Shown here in pieces: positions 20,535-30,126 of a stretch of DNA of 64,000 bases. Numbering within the stretch: position 1 is the first letter of the stretch; each line of letters begins with the position of its first letter. A program made the position numbers and the translations under genes. The notes below the pieces were generated by a model that saw nothing but the letters and a program-made list of their open reading frames with translations, searched no databases and was not told the origin of the DNA. Source of the stretch: Candidatus Poribacteria bacterium (GTDB taxonomy: Bacteria; Poribacteria; WGA-4E; WGA-3G); assembly GCA_965242965.1 (NCBI GenBank), contig OZ251518.1:5504001-5568000 (forward strand), given 5' to 3'.

Positions 20535-21663
20535 AAACCACTTTACCGTCGAAAATTGTCACCAGCACCTCAATTTTGCACGCTGCCGCGTCCCACCGCA
20601 AAAAGAGCAGGTTTGCCGATTCGGATGAATGCAGATTTTCCACACCGAGCAGACGCGCAGGCTGTTTCGTGGCGAGAGCAAATGCCTCCGAAAGCGAAAT
20701 GCCGGCAAAACGGACGCTATTTTCGACACCGCGCATCAATTCAATCGCAGAACCGGCGAGATACTCCGTGCCTACCAAGCGAACCTTGGCTTCATCGGTT
20801 AACTCCACCTTTTTCCCTGCGAATTGATAAACACCCGGTGTCATCCCTGCCAACGCCACGGCATCGCTAATGAGGATACACCGCGCCAGCGTCTTCGCGC
20901 GCATCATCGATTTGACAACGGCAGGCGGCAGATGATGTCCATCGACAATGAGACTTGCCCAGAGTTCATCAGCGGCGAGTTGCTCCCAGATGTAGTTCGG
21001 ATGTCGGCGGATAACGGCGTGCGCACCGTTGCCGAGGTGGGTGGATAACCGCGCGCCTGCCTTGACAGCGGCGTGAATATCGGATGCCGAGGCATTCGTG
21101 TGCCCTAAAGCGACGACGATGTCGTGCTTGACGAGTTTCTCAATAAACGGAATCGCACCCTTACGTTCCGGGGCGAGGGTTACCAACCTGATTTTTCCCT
21201 CGGCGATGTCCTGCCAACGTTGGAATTCGTCCCAATCCGGGTCGCGGGCATGTTCCCGCGGATGCGCGCCGCGCGGCCCGTCTTCCGATGAAATGTAGGG
21301 CCCCTCAAGATGCACGCCGATAACGGAACGGGCAACTTGCGCGTTATTCTCGCACGCCTTGACAATCGCGCGTAGCGAACCCGCAATGCGCTCAAACGAA
21401 CCTGTCACCACTGTCGGACAGAAGAAGCCGGTGCCGACATGCCACAGCGCGCGAACTATCGCAGAAACATCCGATGGCGTAACGCCAGCAACATTCAGAT
21501 CGAACCCCATAAAGCCGTTGACCTGGGTGTCGACGAGGGATGGAGCAATCAGGAGCGTGCTATCGGCGGACGCGGCTTCGCGAATAGATTGCACGCTCCC
21601 GTTGTCGTCAATGGCAATTTCTAGCGGTGTGTTGTCAAAAACGTAGTGTCCGCTGAGTATCAT
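20515..21663 (-). CDS. nagA: N-acetylglucosamine-6-phosphate deacetylase family amidohydrolase
   Basis: DTQVNG, GVHLEGPY, VTLAPE, THLGNG, DGHH and LAGS motifs. A TTGACA-17-TATCAT promoter at 21725-21697 places the start at 21663. Confidence 0.85.
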   Translation of the reverse strand: MILSGHYVFDNTPLEIAIDDNGSVQSIREAASADSTLLIAPSLVDTQVNGFMGFDLNVAGVTPSDVSAIVRALWHVGTGFFCPTVVTGSFERIAGSLRAIVKACENNAQVARSVIGVHLEGPYISSEDGPRGAHPREHARDPDWDEFQRWQDIAEGKIRLVTLAPERKGAIPFIEKLVKHDIVVALGHTNASASDIHAAVKAGARLSTHLGNGAHAVIRRHPNYIWEQLAADELWASLIVDGHHLPPAVVKSMMRAKTLARCILISDAVALAGMTPGVYQFAGKKVELTDEAKVRLVGTEYLAGSAIELMRGVENSVRFAGISLSEAFALATKQPARLLGVENLHSSESANLLFLRWDAAACKIEVLVTIFDGKVVYENAEI

Positions 21664-21764
21664 CGGCGTTTGTCCTGCATTCAGAATTTGGGGTTTATGA
21701 TACCGCAATTTGCGTTTATTGTCAAGCGCATTTTCCGCGCTAGAGGCGATTCAGTATTTTCCGC

Positions 21765-21793
21765 TTGACACGTTATACTAAAATCGCTAAAAT
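21765..21793 (+). promoter_or_regulatory. sigma70-type promoter for the PhyH gene
   Basis: TTGACA-N17-TAAAAT. Confidence 0.7.
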
Positions 21794-21797
21794 AGCT

Positions 21798-22243
21798 GAG
21801 GGTGTTTCATATCTCCGTTTCGGTGTTTATCCCGCCTTGGAGGGATGGCGAATACCGGGAAGGCATTGGCCCGACCTCTGTAGTTCGGGAGCGCCCGCTC
21901 CCGAACGGGTCAGGATCAGGCGATCCTGACCTACAGGGGTGATGCGGTCTGCCAGCCAAACGCATGGCGAGGGAAACCCGCTCGGATGCGCGGATGGCAT
22001 CCGAGGGCCCTCGCCCTACGTGAAGGGGTGGCGTTTTTTTACCGTAGCGCGAGGGCCTGTCCCTCGCGATCGCAACATGGAGGGGAAATCCGCTCGGATG
22101 CGCGTGTGGCATCCGAGGGCCCCCGCGCTACGGGAACATCGAAACCCGAGGTCTCTCCTACGGTATTGCATCGAGACCGGGAGGTCTCGCCTACCGGAGG
22201 AACACGAAACCATTTTGACAACAATGGGTTATGAAACATCCTA
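21798..22243. mobile_element. MITE copy 4
   Basis: GAGGGTGTTTCAT...ATGAAACATCCTA. Flanks AAAATAGCT / AAAATAACT (9 bp, 1 mismatch). Confidence 0.8.
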
Positions 22244-22281
22244 AAAATAACTTCCAACGACAAAGAGGAGGCACGAAAACA

Positions 22282-23136
22282 ATGACTACCACTCCAATCC
22301 TCCAGGGCGAACCGTTCAGCATGGAGAAGACGGCGCAGATTGCCCAACAATTTTTCCGCGATGGATTCGTTCATATTCCCGGTGTATTAACAGACGCGGA
22401 AGTCACCGCGCTCCGCGAGAAAACCGATGAACTCTTTGCAGATCCAGAATTGGCGGAGAGAACCAATCCAACCCTCGCCGATGTGAGATACATCCAGATG
22501 GGCGCGCATTCCGAATCGGGAGAGCAACAGCCGTTCATCTTGCGAAATACGATTGAATTGGACGCGCTTTTTCGCGATATGCTCCTCCGAGAACCGATAC
22601 TCAGTCTCGCAGAGGCGATTGTCGGCGAAGATTGTAAGTTTTGCGGACAGAATGTCCTGCGTAACTTGCCAGGGCTGTCTATTGATAGGTGGCATGTCGA
22701 CGGTTCTGTCCATTTCCCCGTTACCGATGAGATGCCGCACCACGACCCGAGGCTTCGGATGCCGGTGATGTGGTTCACCGTGCAGATGGCACTGTCGGAC
22801 ATTGATTCACTTGAGCACGGTCCGACGCAGTATGTGCCGGGTAGCCACTATTCAGGCAGGCATCCTAACGATGCCGAGAACCCTGAATTTGAGGGAAACA
22901 CGCCTGTCTCGGTTTTCTGCAAGGCAGGCGACATTTATCTGCAGGACCCGCAGTGTTGGCACCGCGGCGCGCCGAACCTTTCAAAGCGAACGCGCTATAT
23001 TTTGCAATCGCAATACGCCGCCTACTGGGCATATTGGCGGTTTAGCCTCTGCAATAGTGTGCCGGTACCGAAAGACGCTCTTCAGAATTCCAGCGAACGG
23101 TTGTTGCGTTTATTGGGAAATCCTCTTCACGCCTGA
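22282..23136 (+). CDS. phytanoyl-CoA dioxygenase (PhyH) family protein
   Basis: WHVD, GPTQYVPGSH, AGD and WHRG motifs. GAGGAGG RBS. Confidence 0.9.
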   Translation: MTTTPILQGEPFSMEKTAQIAQQFFRDGFVHIPGVLTDAEVTALREKTDELFADPELAERTNPTLADVRYIQMGAHSESGEQQPFILRNTIELDALFRDMLLREPILSLAEAIVGEDCKFCGQNVLRNLPGLSIDRWHVDGSVHFPVTDEMPHHDPRLRMPVMWFTVQMALSDIDSLEHGPTQYVPGSHYSGRHPNDAENPEFEGNTPVSVFCKAGDIYLQDPQCWHRGAPNLSKRTRYILQSQYAAYWAYWRFSLCNSVPVPKDALQNSSERLLRLLGNPLHA

Positions 23137-23257
23137 TGCCGGTAGGCGCGGTTTCAAAAAATTGGTTTTAAACCTATTCGGAAAAAATGGTCTTTTTTCT
23201 TGGCATTCCGCTTGGAATATGGTATACTAACGTTACAGAACATTTTCGGAGGATACC

Positions 23258-24094
23258 ATGGCTGAAGAAAAAAGGAACGAAGTGGTTCCCGTCACAGCCG
23301 AATACGAAGTCGTCGATCAGGTGGATGACCAGGCGATTATCGAGTTGATGACAGGGCAAACCATTCAGGATTACGTCTACTCCTTCAAACAGGGTGGGCG
23401 CACGGTTGAAGGCTTGACGTTAGCAGGCATTAACGAGGCCGCCAATCGGCGCGGCGGCATCCAAGTGGAAGATGTCACGTATGAAGAGCGCGACAATTCC
23501 TGGATTGCTGTCGCCAAAGCGACAGATACCATCACGGGTTCATCCCGTTACGGTGCGTATGAGCAAGCGAAAATGATGGGAGGGCGCGCTGACCCGTTCG
23601 CCTTCACCAAAGCGATTCACAAAGCGCAGCGGAACGCTATCAAACAGTTGATTCCGGTGCCGGTGATTCGCGAGGTGCTGAACTTCTACCTGCATCGGCA
23701 AACGCAGGGTGGGGCTGCCGCACAGCAGCCGCGGGCGCGACAGGGCGGCGGGAATATCGCTACGGCGCAGAAAGCCGCATTCGCAATTGCGAGCCAGCTC
23801 GCTACGCCGCTCGAAAAGAAGGGCATCTCCAAGGCGGATCTTTGGAACTACATCAAGCGCAGATACGGCGTGGAGTCCCGCAACGACATGTCCGAGATGC
23901 AGTGGACAGAGCTCGCCGCGGAACTCAAAGCGGCGGAAACTGCGCCGAAGCTGCTGGAGGATTTGTGCTCTCGTATTAAGCAGTTAACCACGGCGAGTCA
24001 GCAGAGTGAGGTGCCAACGCCTGAAGAACCGCCGGCTGAGGAGGCTGCCGCGCCGAAAACCGAGGCATCCGCATCTCAGAGCGCGCCTTTTTAA
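23258..24094 (+). CDS. hypothetical protein, possibly a Rad52/ERF-like single-strand annealing protein
   Basis: GGAGG RBS. AFTKAIHKAQRNAIKQL helix and C-terminal YGVESRNDMSE segment resemble phage SSAPs (weak). Confidence 0.6.
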   Translation: MAEEKRNEVVPVTAEYEVVDQVDDQAIIELMTGQTIQDYVYSFKQGGRTVEGLTLAGINEAANRRGGIQVEDVTYEERDNSWIAVAKATDTITGSSRYGAYEQAKMMGGRADPFAFTKAIHKAQRNAIKQLIPVPVIREVLNFYLHRQTQGGAAAQQPRARQGGGNIATAQKAAFAIASQLATPLEKKGISKADLWNYIKRRYGVESRNDMSEMQWTELAAELKAAETAPKLLEDLCSRIKQLTTASQQSEVPTPEEPPAEEAAAPKTEASASQSAPF

Positions 24095-24096
24095 GT

Positions 24097-24427
24097 CCCG
24101 TGGCGCGGGGGCCTGTCCCCCGCGATCGTCCGACGAGAAGACGGGCCCCCGTTACCGTAGCGCGGGGGCCTGTCCCCCGCGATCGTTGCATGGCGAGGGA
24201 CAGGCCCTCGCCCTACGGTGCAAGGAACCGTTCTTAGTCCCGTAGCGCGGGGGCCTGTCCCCCGCGATCGTCCGACGAGAAGACAGTGCCCCCGGTCCCG
24301 TAGCGCGGGGGCCTGTCCCCCGCGATCTCTCGCGTGCATGAACGATGGCGAGGGACAGGCCCTCGCCCTACGAAAAAACGGCCGGGTCCCGTTCGTTGCA
24401 TGGCGAGGGACAGGCCCTCGCCCTACG
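24097..24427. repeat. REP array
   Basis: Four CGTRGCGCGGGGGCCTGTCCCCCGCG units and three inverted GGCGAGGGACAGGCCCTCGCCCTACG units. Confidence 0.9.
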
Positions 24428-24458
24428 AAAAAACGACACTGTCAAGGAAAATTCAAAA

Positions 24459-27400
24459 ATGCCGCAAAAAAAAGAGAACGTCATCACAAGTGCAGTAGTC
24501 GATGTGCTAGAGAATTTATTACCTCGCCAAGCAGGATGGGAAGTCGAAGAACAAGAAAGCGTCCTTGACGGAAACGCGAAGACCCCGGATATCGTCGTGA
24601 AACGACTCCGACACGAAACAGTCGGCATCGATGCAAAATGGCAGGTCGGCGATGGCGAGAAGGAACTCCAATCTGTCCGCGATAAATACTGGGGACAGCC
24701 GCTAATCTCCGAATTCCGCGGCAACAGTGCCGAGTTGAATACGGTGATGGTTATCCGGTATCCTGAATGCTTCCGCGGTCTGAAAAGATGGGAGTTACAG
24801 GAGATTCTTCCTAACGCCGGTGACATTGAGTATGTCCTAGTAGGCCAGTCAAAGGGGGTTGATTACCGTTTCCCGCGTTTGGGATTCGCAACCGGCAATC
24901 TCACGGATGTGGCAAACGCTATCCGAGTCGGCGCGGTGCCGAGTGAGCGCATCAAAGCCGCGGCAAAACAGATGAAAGCAGACGTTGAGGGTGCCGCGCG
25001 CGACTTGCACAACGCAGTATCTCAAAAATCCGTGATAGGCGAGGAACTGAAGGAGATTTTGGACCAGGTCGAATATAGTGAACAGGCTTCGCAGGTAGCA
25101 TGCTTGATAATTGTGGACGCATTCGTGTTCCAAAACTCTCTAGCCGGGGAACTGAGTCTGAAATCGGTTCGGCCGCCTGCCTATTACCAAGTGAACGGCA
25201 TCGACCTGAAATCGGTAGTGGCAGATTGGGATGCGATACTGAACGTCAACTACCACCCGATTTTCCAAGGCGCGCGGGATATGCTGTCCCGAGCGTTTAC
25301 CTACGACGCGGCGATGGCGAAAAAGGTGCTAGAGGAATTGTGCGATATTGCCTGCACGCTAATCGAGTCACACCTCCCACAAATCCACGAATTAGCGGGT
25401 GAGGTATTCCAAGAGCTGCTAGTGGACAGGAAGAACGTCAAGGCGAACTACACGTTGTCAGAGAGCGCGGCGTTCATCTCGGCACTGGCATGTCCGAGTC
25501 TGCCTGAGGAATTGACGCTGGAAACGCTGCCGAAAGTGGCGGATTACGCCTGCGGGACAGGAGCCTTGCTGAACGGCGTTTACAAACGCATCCAGCAGCT
25601 CTGGGAAGAGCGGAAAGGCGAAACAAGCGTCTGCATCCATCAGCACATGCTTGAGAATAATCTGGCGGGCTGCGACATCTTCACACACTGCACCCACTTA
25701 ACGTTCGCGGCGATGGCGAGCGCGCATCCCCAAGTGACACTCGGCGCAACCCGGGTCATCACCGCTCCCCACGGTAAAGTCAGCGAGACTGAATTCAAGA
25801 CAGGTTCGTTGGAGTTGCTAGATAACCAAATGCTATTTGACGCGTTGGATGCGTTTGACAAGCAAGCGAGCGGGGCTGAAGAAGCGACAGCAGAACTCAA
25901 GCGCGAATTCCCCGATGGCGAGATGGATATTGTCATCATGAACCCCCCGTTCCTGACGAACAGCGCGGACAATAATGCGAAGAATCAGAAGCTAGTCTTC
26001 GGTTCTCAGTATCGGAGTAAGGCAGAGCAGGAACTGATGCTGGAGGAACTAGGCAAGAAGAAATCGCGGGTTGGACATGGAAAAGTCCCATACTCCTATT
26101 TCGTGGAACTTGCTGATTTGAAGTTGCGCGACGGCGGACGGATGGCGATGATTCTGCCAGCATCGGTTTTCACAGTTCCTTCGTTTAAGAAGGTGCGCGA
26201 GATGTGGGCGAGGGAATATCACAACGTGCTCGTTGTGACTATGGCGCATAATAACGCGTTTTCTGCCGATACGACTATCGCAGAGTGCATGGTTATCGCA
26301 GACAAAGGCGTTGACAAGAATACAGGCAGGGCGAAATTCGTATCCCTCAGTGAGCGTCCAGGCAACCTACTTGCATCGCAAGTTTTGGCAACCGAGATAG
26401 GACGCAAGGAAGTCACGCGGCGATTGGAAGATGATGCGCTTGGCGGTGAACCCTTCAAAATTGGCGGCGCAAGTGTGGCTAGTGCGTTAGATTGTCCCAT
26501 TGATGCGGACGAATGGGGTGTATCCTGTCTGAAGGCAATGTCGTTGGGACAGATTGCCTATCAACTAAGTCATGGAAACTTGCGGTTCCCCGGTTTAATT
26601 GACGCACTGGAGCTCCCAGTATGTCCGTTGGGCGAAATCGGGAAAGTAGGGGCCAGCGAACCTGACATCAAGCAGAAGGGTAAGCGTGGTGCGTTTGAGA
26701 TGCACGAACGTGAGTCTGCCGTGCAAGAAGGGTATGATGCCATCTACAAATCGAAGAACATCACGTCGCAGCGGGCGATGCAAACCGTGCCAGACTACAA
26801 GGCGCAGATCAAACCTTTTAACGTAGAAAAGGCGCACAGGATTTTGCGTGAGCATAATAGCCGAACGCATTATCAGATGTATTTGGTTTACTCCGCTAAT
26901 TCGATGTTCTCGCATTGGACTGAAAGTCCATCGATCGGTGTTAATTTAATTACCAACGTTCGTTTGTCGGAATCGAAGTATGAAGCCGCATGGACACTCT
27001 GGACAAACTCAACACTGGGATTACTCTGTCACTGGGCGAGGGCTGGCAAACAGCAACCGGGACGCGGGATACTCAAATTAACGGGTTTGAAATCAGTGCC
27101 GACGCTGGATGTCCGTGAACTCTCGGATGTGCAATTAGCCGCGGCGGAGCATGTGTTCGCCGAATTGAAAACTGCACGGATGCTTCCCTACAACGAATGC
27201 CTCTGGGATGCGTGGCGACATATCCTTGATGCGCGGTTGCTTTCAGAGGTGCTTGGTATTGATGCGCCTGCTGTCCACGAGGCGATGCAGACGCTTCGTG
27301 AGATGTTGTCCGCTGAGCCGAGCATCACGGGTGACAAACAGAGCGTTTGCGACTTGGCGGCGGAGCGAGAAGAATACGGTTACGCCGATGACAGCGCGAT

Positions 27401-27500
27401 ATTGGCGACGCAGCAGCTTCAGTTGCGGATGCGAGGTATCCCGTTACCTGATGCATCCGCTGAATTTGAAAAGGCGCGGGCGGAAGCAAAGAAATCTTGA
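24459..27500 (+). CDS. Type IIG-like fused restriction endonuclease / N6-adenine methyltransferase
   Basis: N-terminal PD...DAK nuclease motif, VADYACGTGALL (motif I) and DIVIMNPPF (motif IV). The extension to 24345 is REP-derived. Confidence 0.85.
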   Translation: MPQKKENVITSAVVDVLENLLPRQAGWEVEEQESVLDGNAKTPDIVVKRLRHETVGIDAKWQVGDGEKELQSVRDKYWGQPLISEFRGNSAELNTVMVIRYPECFRGLKRWELQEILPNAGDIEYVLVGQSKGVDYRFPRLGFATGNLTDVANAIRVGAVPSERIKAAAKQMKADVEGAARDLHNAVSQKSVIGEELKEILDQVEYSEQASQVACLIIVDAFVFQNSLAGELSLKSVRPPAYYQVNGIDLKSVVADWDAILNVNYHPIFQGARDMLSRAFTYDAAMAKKVLEELCDIACTLIESHLPQIHELAGEVFQELLVDRKNVKANYTLSESAAFISALACPSLPEELTLETLPKVADYACGTGALLNGVYKRIQQLWEERKGETSVCIHQHMLENNLAGCDIFTHCTHLTFAAMASAHPQVTLGATRVITAPHGKVSETEFKTGSLELLDNQMLFDALDAFDKQASGAEEATAELKREFPDGEMDIVIMNPPFLTNSADNNAKNQKLVFGSQYRSKAEQELMLEELGKKKSRVGHGKVPYSYFVELADLKLRDGGRMAMILPASVFTVPSFKKVREMWAREYHNVLVVTMAHNNAFSADTTIAECMVIADKGVDKNTGRAKFVSLSERPGNLLASQVLATEIGRKEVTRRLEDDALGGEPFKIGGASVASALDCPIDADEWGVSCLKAMSLGQIAYQLSHGNLRFPGLIDALELPVCPLGEIGKVGASEPDIKQKGKRGAFEMHERESAVQEGYDAIYKSKNITSQRAMQTVPDYKAQIKPFNVEKAHRILREHNSRTHYQMYLVYSANSMFSHWTESPSIGVNLITNVRLSESKYEAAWTLWTNSTLGLLCHWARAGKQQPGRGILKLTGLKSVPTLDVRELSDVQLAAAEHVFAELKTARMLPYNECLWDAWRHILDARLLSEVLGIDAPAVHEAMQTLREMLSAEPSITGDKQSVCDLAAEREEYGYADDSAILATQQLQLRMRGIPLPDASAEFEKARAEAKKS

Positions 27501-27517
27501 ATCCAAATCTTGATGTG

Positions 27518-27780
27518 CCCGTAGTGCGGGGGCCTGTCCCCCGCGATCGTCCAACGAGAAGACGGTGCTCCCGGTCCCGTAGCGCGGGGGCCTGTCCCCC
27601 GCGATCGTTGAATTGCGCGGACGCTGGCGAGGGAAACCCGCTCGCATGCGCGTGTGGCATGCGAGGGCCCAAGCCCTACGATGAAGGAGGGGCTTTCTGC
27701 CGCCGCGGCCTCGGTAGGCGAGCCGCCCTATTGCATCGAGACCAGGAGGTCTCTCCTACGGGGATTTATGAAACCCCCTC
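27518..27780. repeat. REP array with one MITE end
   Basis: ~90-bp near-identical match to 24239-24327. TATGAAACCCCCTC at the right end. Confidence 0.85.
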
Positions 27781-27799
27781 ACTATTGGGGATACCGGCG

Positions 27800-28078
27800 T
27801 TAGGTTTTGTTGTTTCGGTGGTAGTCCAGCAAGGTTTGTAATACATCGTCAAACGTTGGCGCGCGAAGGGCGGTGTAATGTAACTGCTCCAAGAGTTGCA
27901 AATCGGTGAGCGCCTCAAATGTAGGTTTGAAGAGAGCCACATCCGAATCGTCAAAGCGTGCATCCAATACCGCGAGGAGGTTATCAATGCCGAGTTGGAT
28001 GCCTTCTTTGCGTGCCTTTTGGCGTGCTTCCTCCAAGGGCTTCTCCATGAGGTCTTGTAAAAGCGATGCATGTTTCAT
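27800..28078 (-). CDS. stand-alone copy 2 of the Rpn C-terminal module (92 aa)
   Basis: GGAGGAAGAC-ATG start. MKHASLLQDLMEKPLEEARQ...ALRAPTFDDV is paralogous to the C-terminus of 28607-29572. Confidence 0.8.
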   Translation of the reverse strand: MKHASLLQDLMEKPLEEARQKARKEGIQLGIDNLLAVLDARFDDSDVALFKPTFEALTDLQLLEQLHYTALRAPTFDDVLQTLLDYHRNNKT

Positions 28079-28197
28079 GTCTTCCTCCGAAAGCATGGTG
28101 CGGGCTGTCTCCGAGTCATGGGCGCGATGGCGGCAAGAACGGTTCCGTTTCTCGGCGTTCGTCCCACGCGGCTTGGGATGCGCCGCGTGGGTTGGTG

Positions 28198-28488
28198 TTA
28201 GGCTCCGTTGTTTCGGTAGTCCTTCAAGGTTTGCATCACATCGTCAAACGTTGGCGCGCGCAGGGCGGTGTAATGTAAATGCTCCAAGAGTTGCAAATCG
28301 GTGAGGGCCTCAAATGTAGGTTTGAAGAGAGCCACATCCGAATCGTCAAAGCGGGCGTCCAATACAGCAATGAGATCAGTAATGGCACTTTTTTGTTTCC
28401 CGAGTTCGATGCCCTCTTGAAATGCCTCTTCGCGTGCTTCTTGCAAGGGCTTCTCCATGAGGTGTTCGAGAATAGATGCATGTTTCAT
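28198..28488 (-). CDS. stand-alone copy 1 of the Rpn C-terminal module (96 aa)
   Basis: GGAGGAAGAC-ATG start. MKHASILEHLMEKPLQEARE...ALRAPTFDDVMQTLKDYRNNGA. Confidence 0.8.
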   Translation of the reverse strand: MKHASILEHLMEKPLQEAREEAFQEGIELGKQKSAITDLIAVLDARFDDSDVALFKPTFEALTDLQLLEHLHYTALRAPTFDDVMQTLKDYRNNGA

Positions 28489-28606
28489 GTCTTCCTCCGA
28501 AAGAATGGTGTGGGCTATCTCCCGGTCATGGGCGCGATGGAGGCCGGAACGGGTGCGTTCTTGGCGTTCGTCCCACGCGGCTTGGGATGTGCCGCGTGGG
28601 TTGGCG

Positions 28607-28885
28607 TTAGGTTCCGTTGTTTCGGTAATCCTTCAAGGTTTGCATCACATCGTCAAACGTTGGCACGCGAAGGGCGGTGCGAAACAGCAGCCTAAGGAGT
28701 TGTGCATCGGTGATGGCCTCAAAGATAGGTTTGTAGAGATCTACATCCGAATCGTCAAAGCGGGTGTCTAATACCTCGATGAGGATCTCAATGCTGTTTT
28801 CTCGCGCGCCGAGTTCTCTTCCCTCTTGGCGTGCCTCTTGCAAGGGCTGCTGCATGAGGTGTTGGAAAATAGATGATTGTCTCAT
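28607..28885 (-). CDS. predicted nested small protein (RpnS-like, 92 aa) translated from an internal start
   Basis: Internal TCGGAGGAAGAC-ATG (S-E-E-D-M), the same start context as both stand-alone copies. Confidence 0.65.
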   Translation of the reverse strand: MRQSSIFQHLMQQPLQEARQEGRELGARENSIEILIEVLDTRFDDSDVDLYKPIFEAITDAQLLRLLFRTALRVPTFDDVMQTLKDYRNNGT

Positions 28886-29572
28886 GTCTTCCTCCGAAAT
28901 AATGGTGTAGATTGTCTCCGAGTCATGGGCAAGATTGCCAAATATCCCGGTAGCCATCAGTAAGTTGTCGATATTCGCCGTGTCAAGCGGCAATTGCCGC
29001 GTCGTCTCGACGCACTGCCGCAGCCACGTGACACTATCCACTCCCGCCGGTGGTTGCATCAGCGGCAGAAACGGCATCAAACCCGGCGGGCGCGCTTCCA
29101 GAAGCGGTCCTCCCTCAAGTTCATAAAGCCGAACCACTTCGTATTCCGAGATGAACCGTTGTCCGGGAACATCTACATTTTTAAAATAACCCCCCGGGTC
29201 CCTGCGACCGGCGGGTGGATAAAAGTAGATGACATACGACCGGATAGGAAGTTCGTTGTCCTCAGTGCATCTCCCCCGGTAGCCGGCAATTCGGCGTTCA
29301 ATCGAAATTGGGTAACTATCGTGCAGCTGATATTCACGATGGATGAGCGTCGGTTCGCCTTCCAGCGAGATTTTCGTCAGGCTATCCATGCGTCGGACAT
29401 CCATCGCCGGGAGTTCAATATCAATATGCTCTATGATTTCAAAGTCGGCGGTGCCGAGTATCAGGCGCAACATGTCCTTTGGAAATGCACGCGCCGCGTG
29501 CTTTGCGGCAATATCGTACCGGTCCACGGGCAAGTTGTCCCAGTCAAAGGGTGTATAAATGCTGTTTTCCAT
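28607..29572 (-). CDS. Rpn family (recombination-promoting nuclease, PD-(D/E)XK-like) protein
   Basis: YDIAAK, RRMDSL...IHREYQ, YEVVRLYEL, GLMPFLPL and QEGRELG motifs. Confidence 0.8.
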   Translation of the reverse strand: MENSIYTPFDWDNLPVDRYDIAAKHAARAFPKDMLRLILGTADFEIIEHIDIELPAMDVRRMDSLTKISLEGEPTLIHREYQLHDSYPISIERRIAGYRGRCTEDNELPIRSYVIYFYPPAGRRDPGGYFKNVDVPGQRFISEYEVVRLYELEGGPLLEARPPGLMPFLPLMQPPAGVDSVTWLRQCVETTRQLPLDTANIDNLLMATGIFGNLAHDSETIYTIISEEDMRQSSIFQHLMQQPLQEARQEGRELGARENSIEILIEVLDTRFDDSDVDLYKPIFEAITDAQLLRLLFRTALRVPTFDDVMQTLKDYRNNGT

Positions 29573-29851
29573 ACACAATAGGATACCATAGACGCGCCGT
29601 GGTTGTCAAGTTTTTCTGACGAGTTATAGCGATTTCGTTCTTCTATCCTGCCGAAAGTCGGTTTCACTATGCATAATTTTAGCAGATCTGGTATAATTAT
29701 TGCAATGTTTAAAATCTGAAAAATTTTGAATGAATTCGCCTTAAAGGGGTTAAAGTTTTAAAATCCAATTTTCGGTAGGAGGGACATCCTTGTCCCGATA
29801 GTGCTTACATTGCACCTCGGCGGGCACTCCTTCGGAGAAAACCAAATAATA

Positions 29852-30107
29852 GAGGGTGTTTCATAAATTTATCCCTTGAGGGGAGGCGCATCGGGCCCAC
29901 CACTGTAGTTCGGGATCGCCCGATCCCGAACGGGTCAAGATCAGGCGATCTTGACCTACAGACCTGGCGCGCGAGCGATGGCGAGGGAAACCCGCTCGCA
30001 TGCGCGTGTGGCATGCGAGGGCCCAAGCCCTACGTGAAGGAGCGGCGTTTTTTCACCGTAGCGCGGGGCCTGTCATCGCAACGTTGAGCGATTTATGAAA
30101 CACCCTC
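29852..30107. mobile_element. MITE copy 5
   Basis: GAGGGTGTTTCATAAAT...ATTTATGAAACACCCTC. Target duplication AAATAATA (29844-29851 and 30108-30115), directly before the RBS. Confidence 0.92.
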
Positions 30108-30126
30108 AAATAATAGAGGAACAAAT

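Noticed and set aside
24345-24458. N-terminal extensions in the ORF track for the R-M gene, leuA (to 9032), aroF (to 10399), the ATPase (to 41485) and PhyH (from 22231)
   Set aside because: The extensions run through repeats or leader sequence. Better starts with an RBS lie downstream.
23258-29572. Prophage or integrative element
   Set aside because: No integrase, structural genes or att-like repeats were found.
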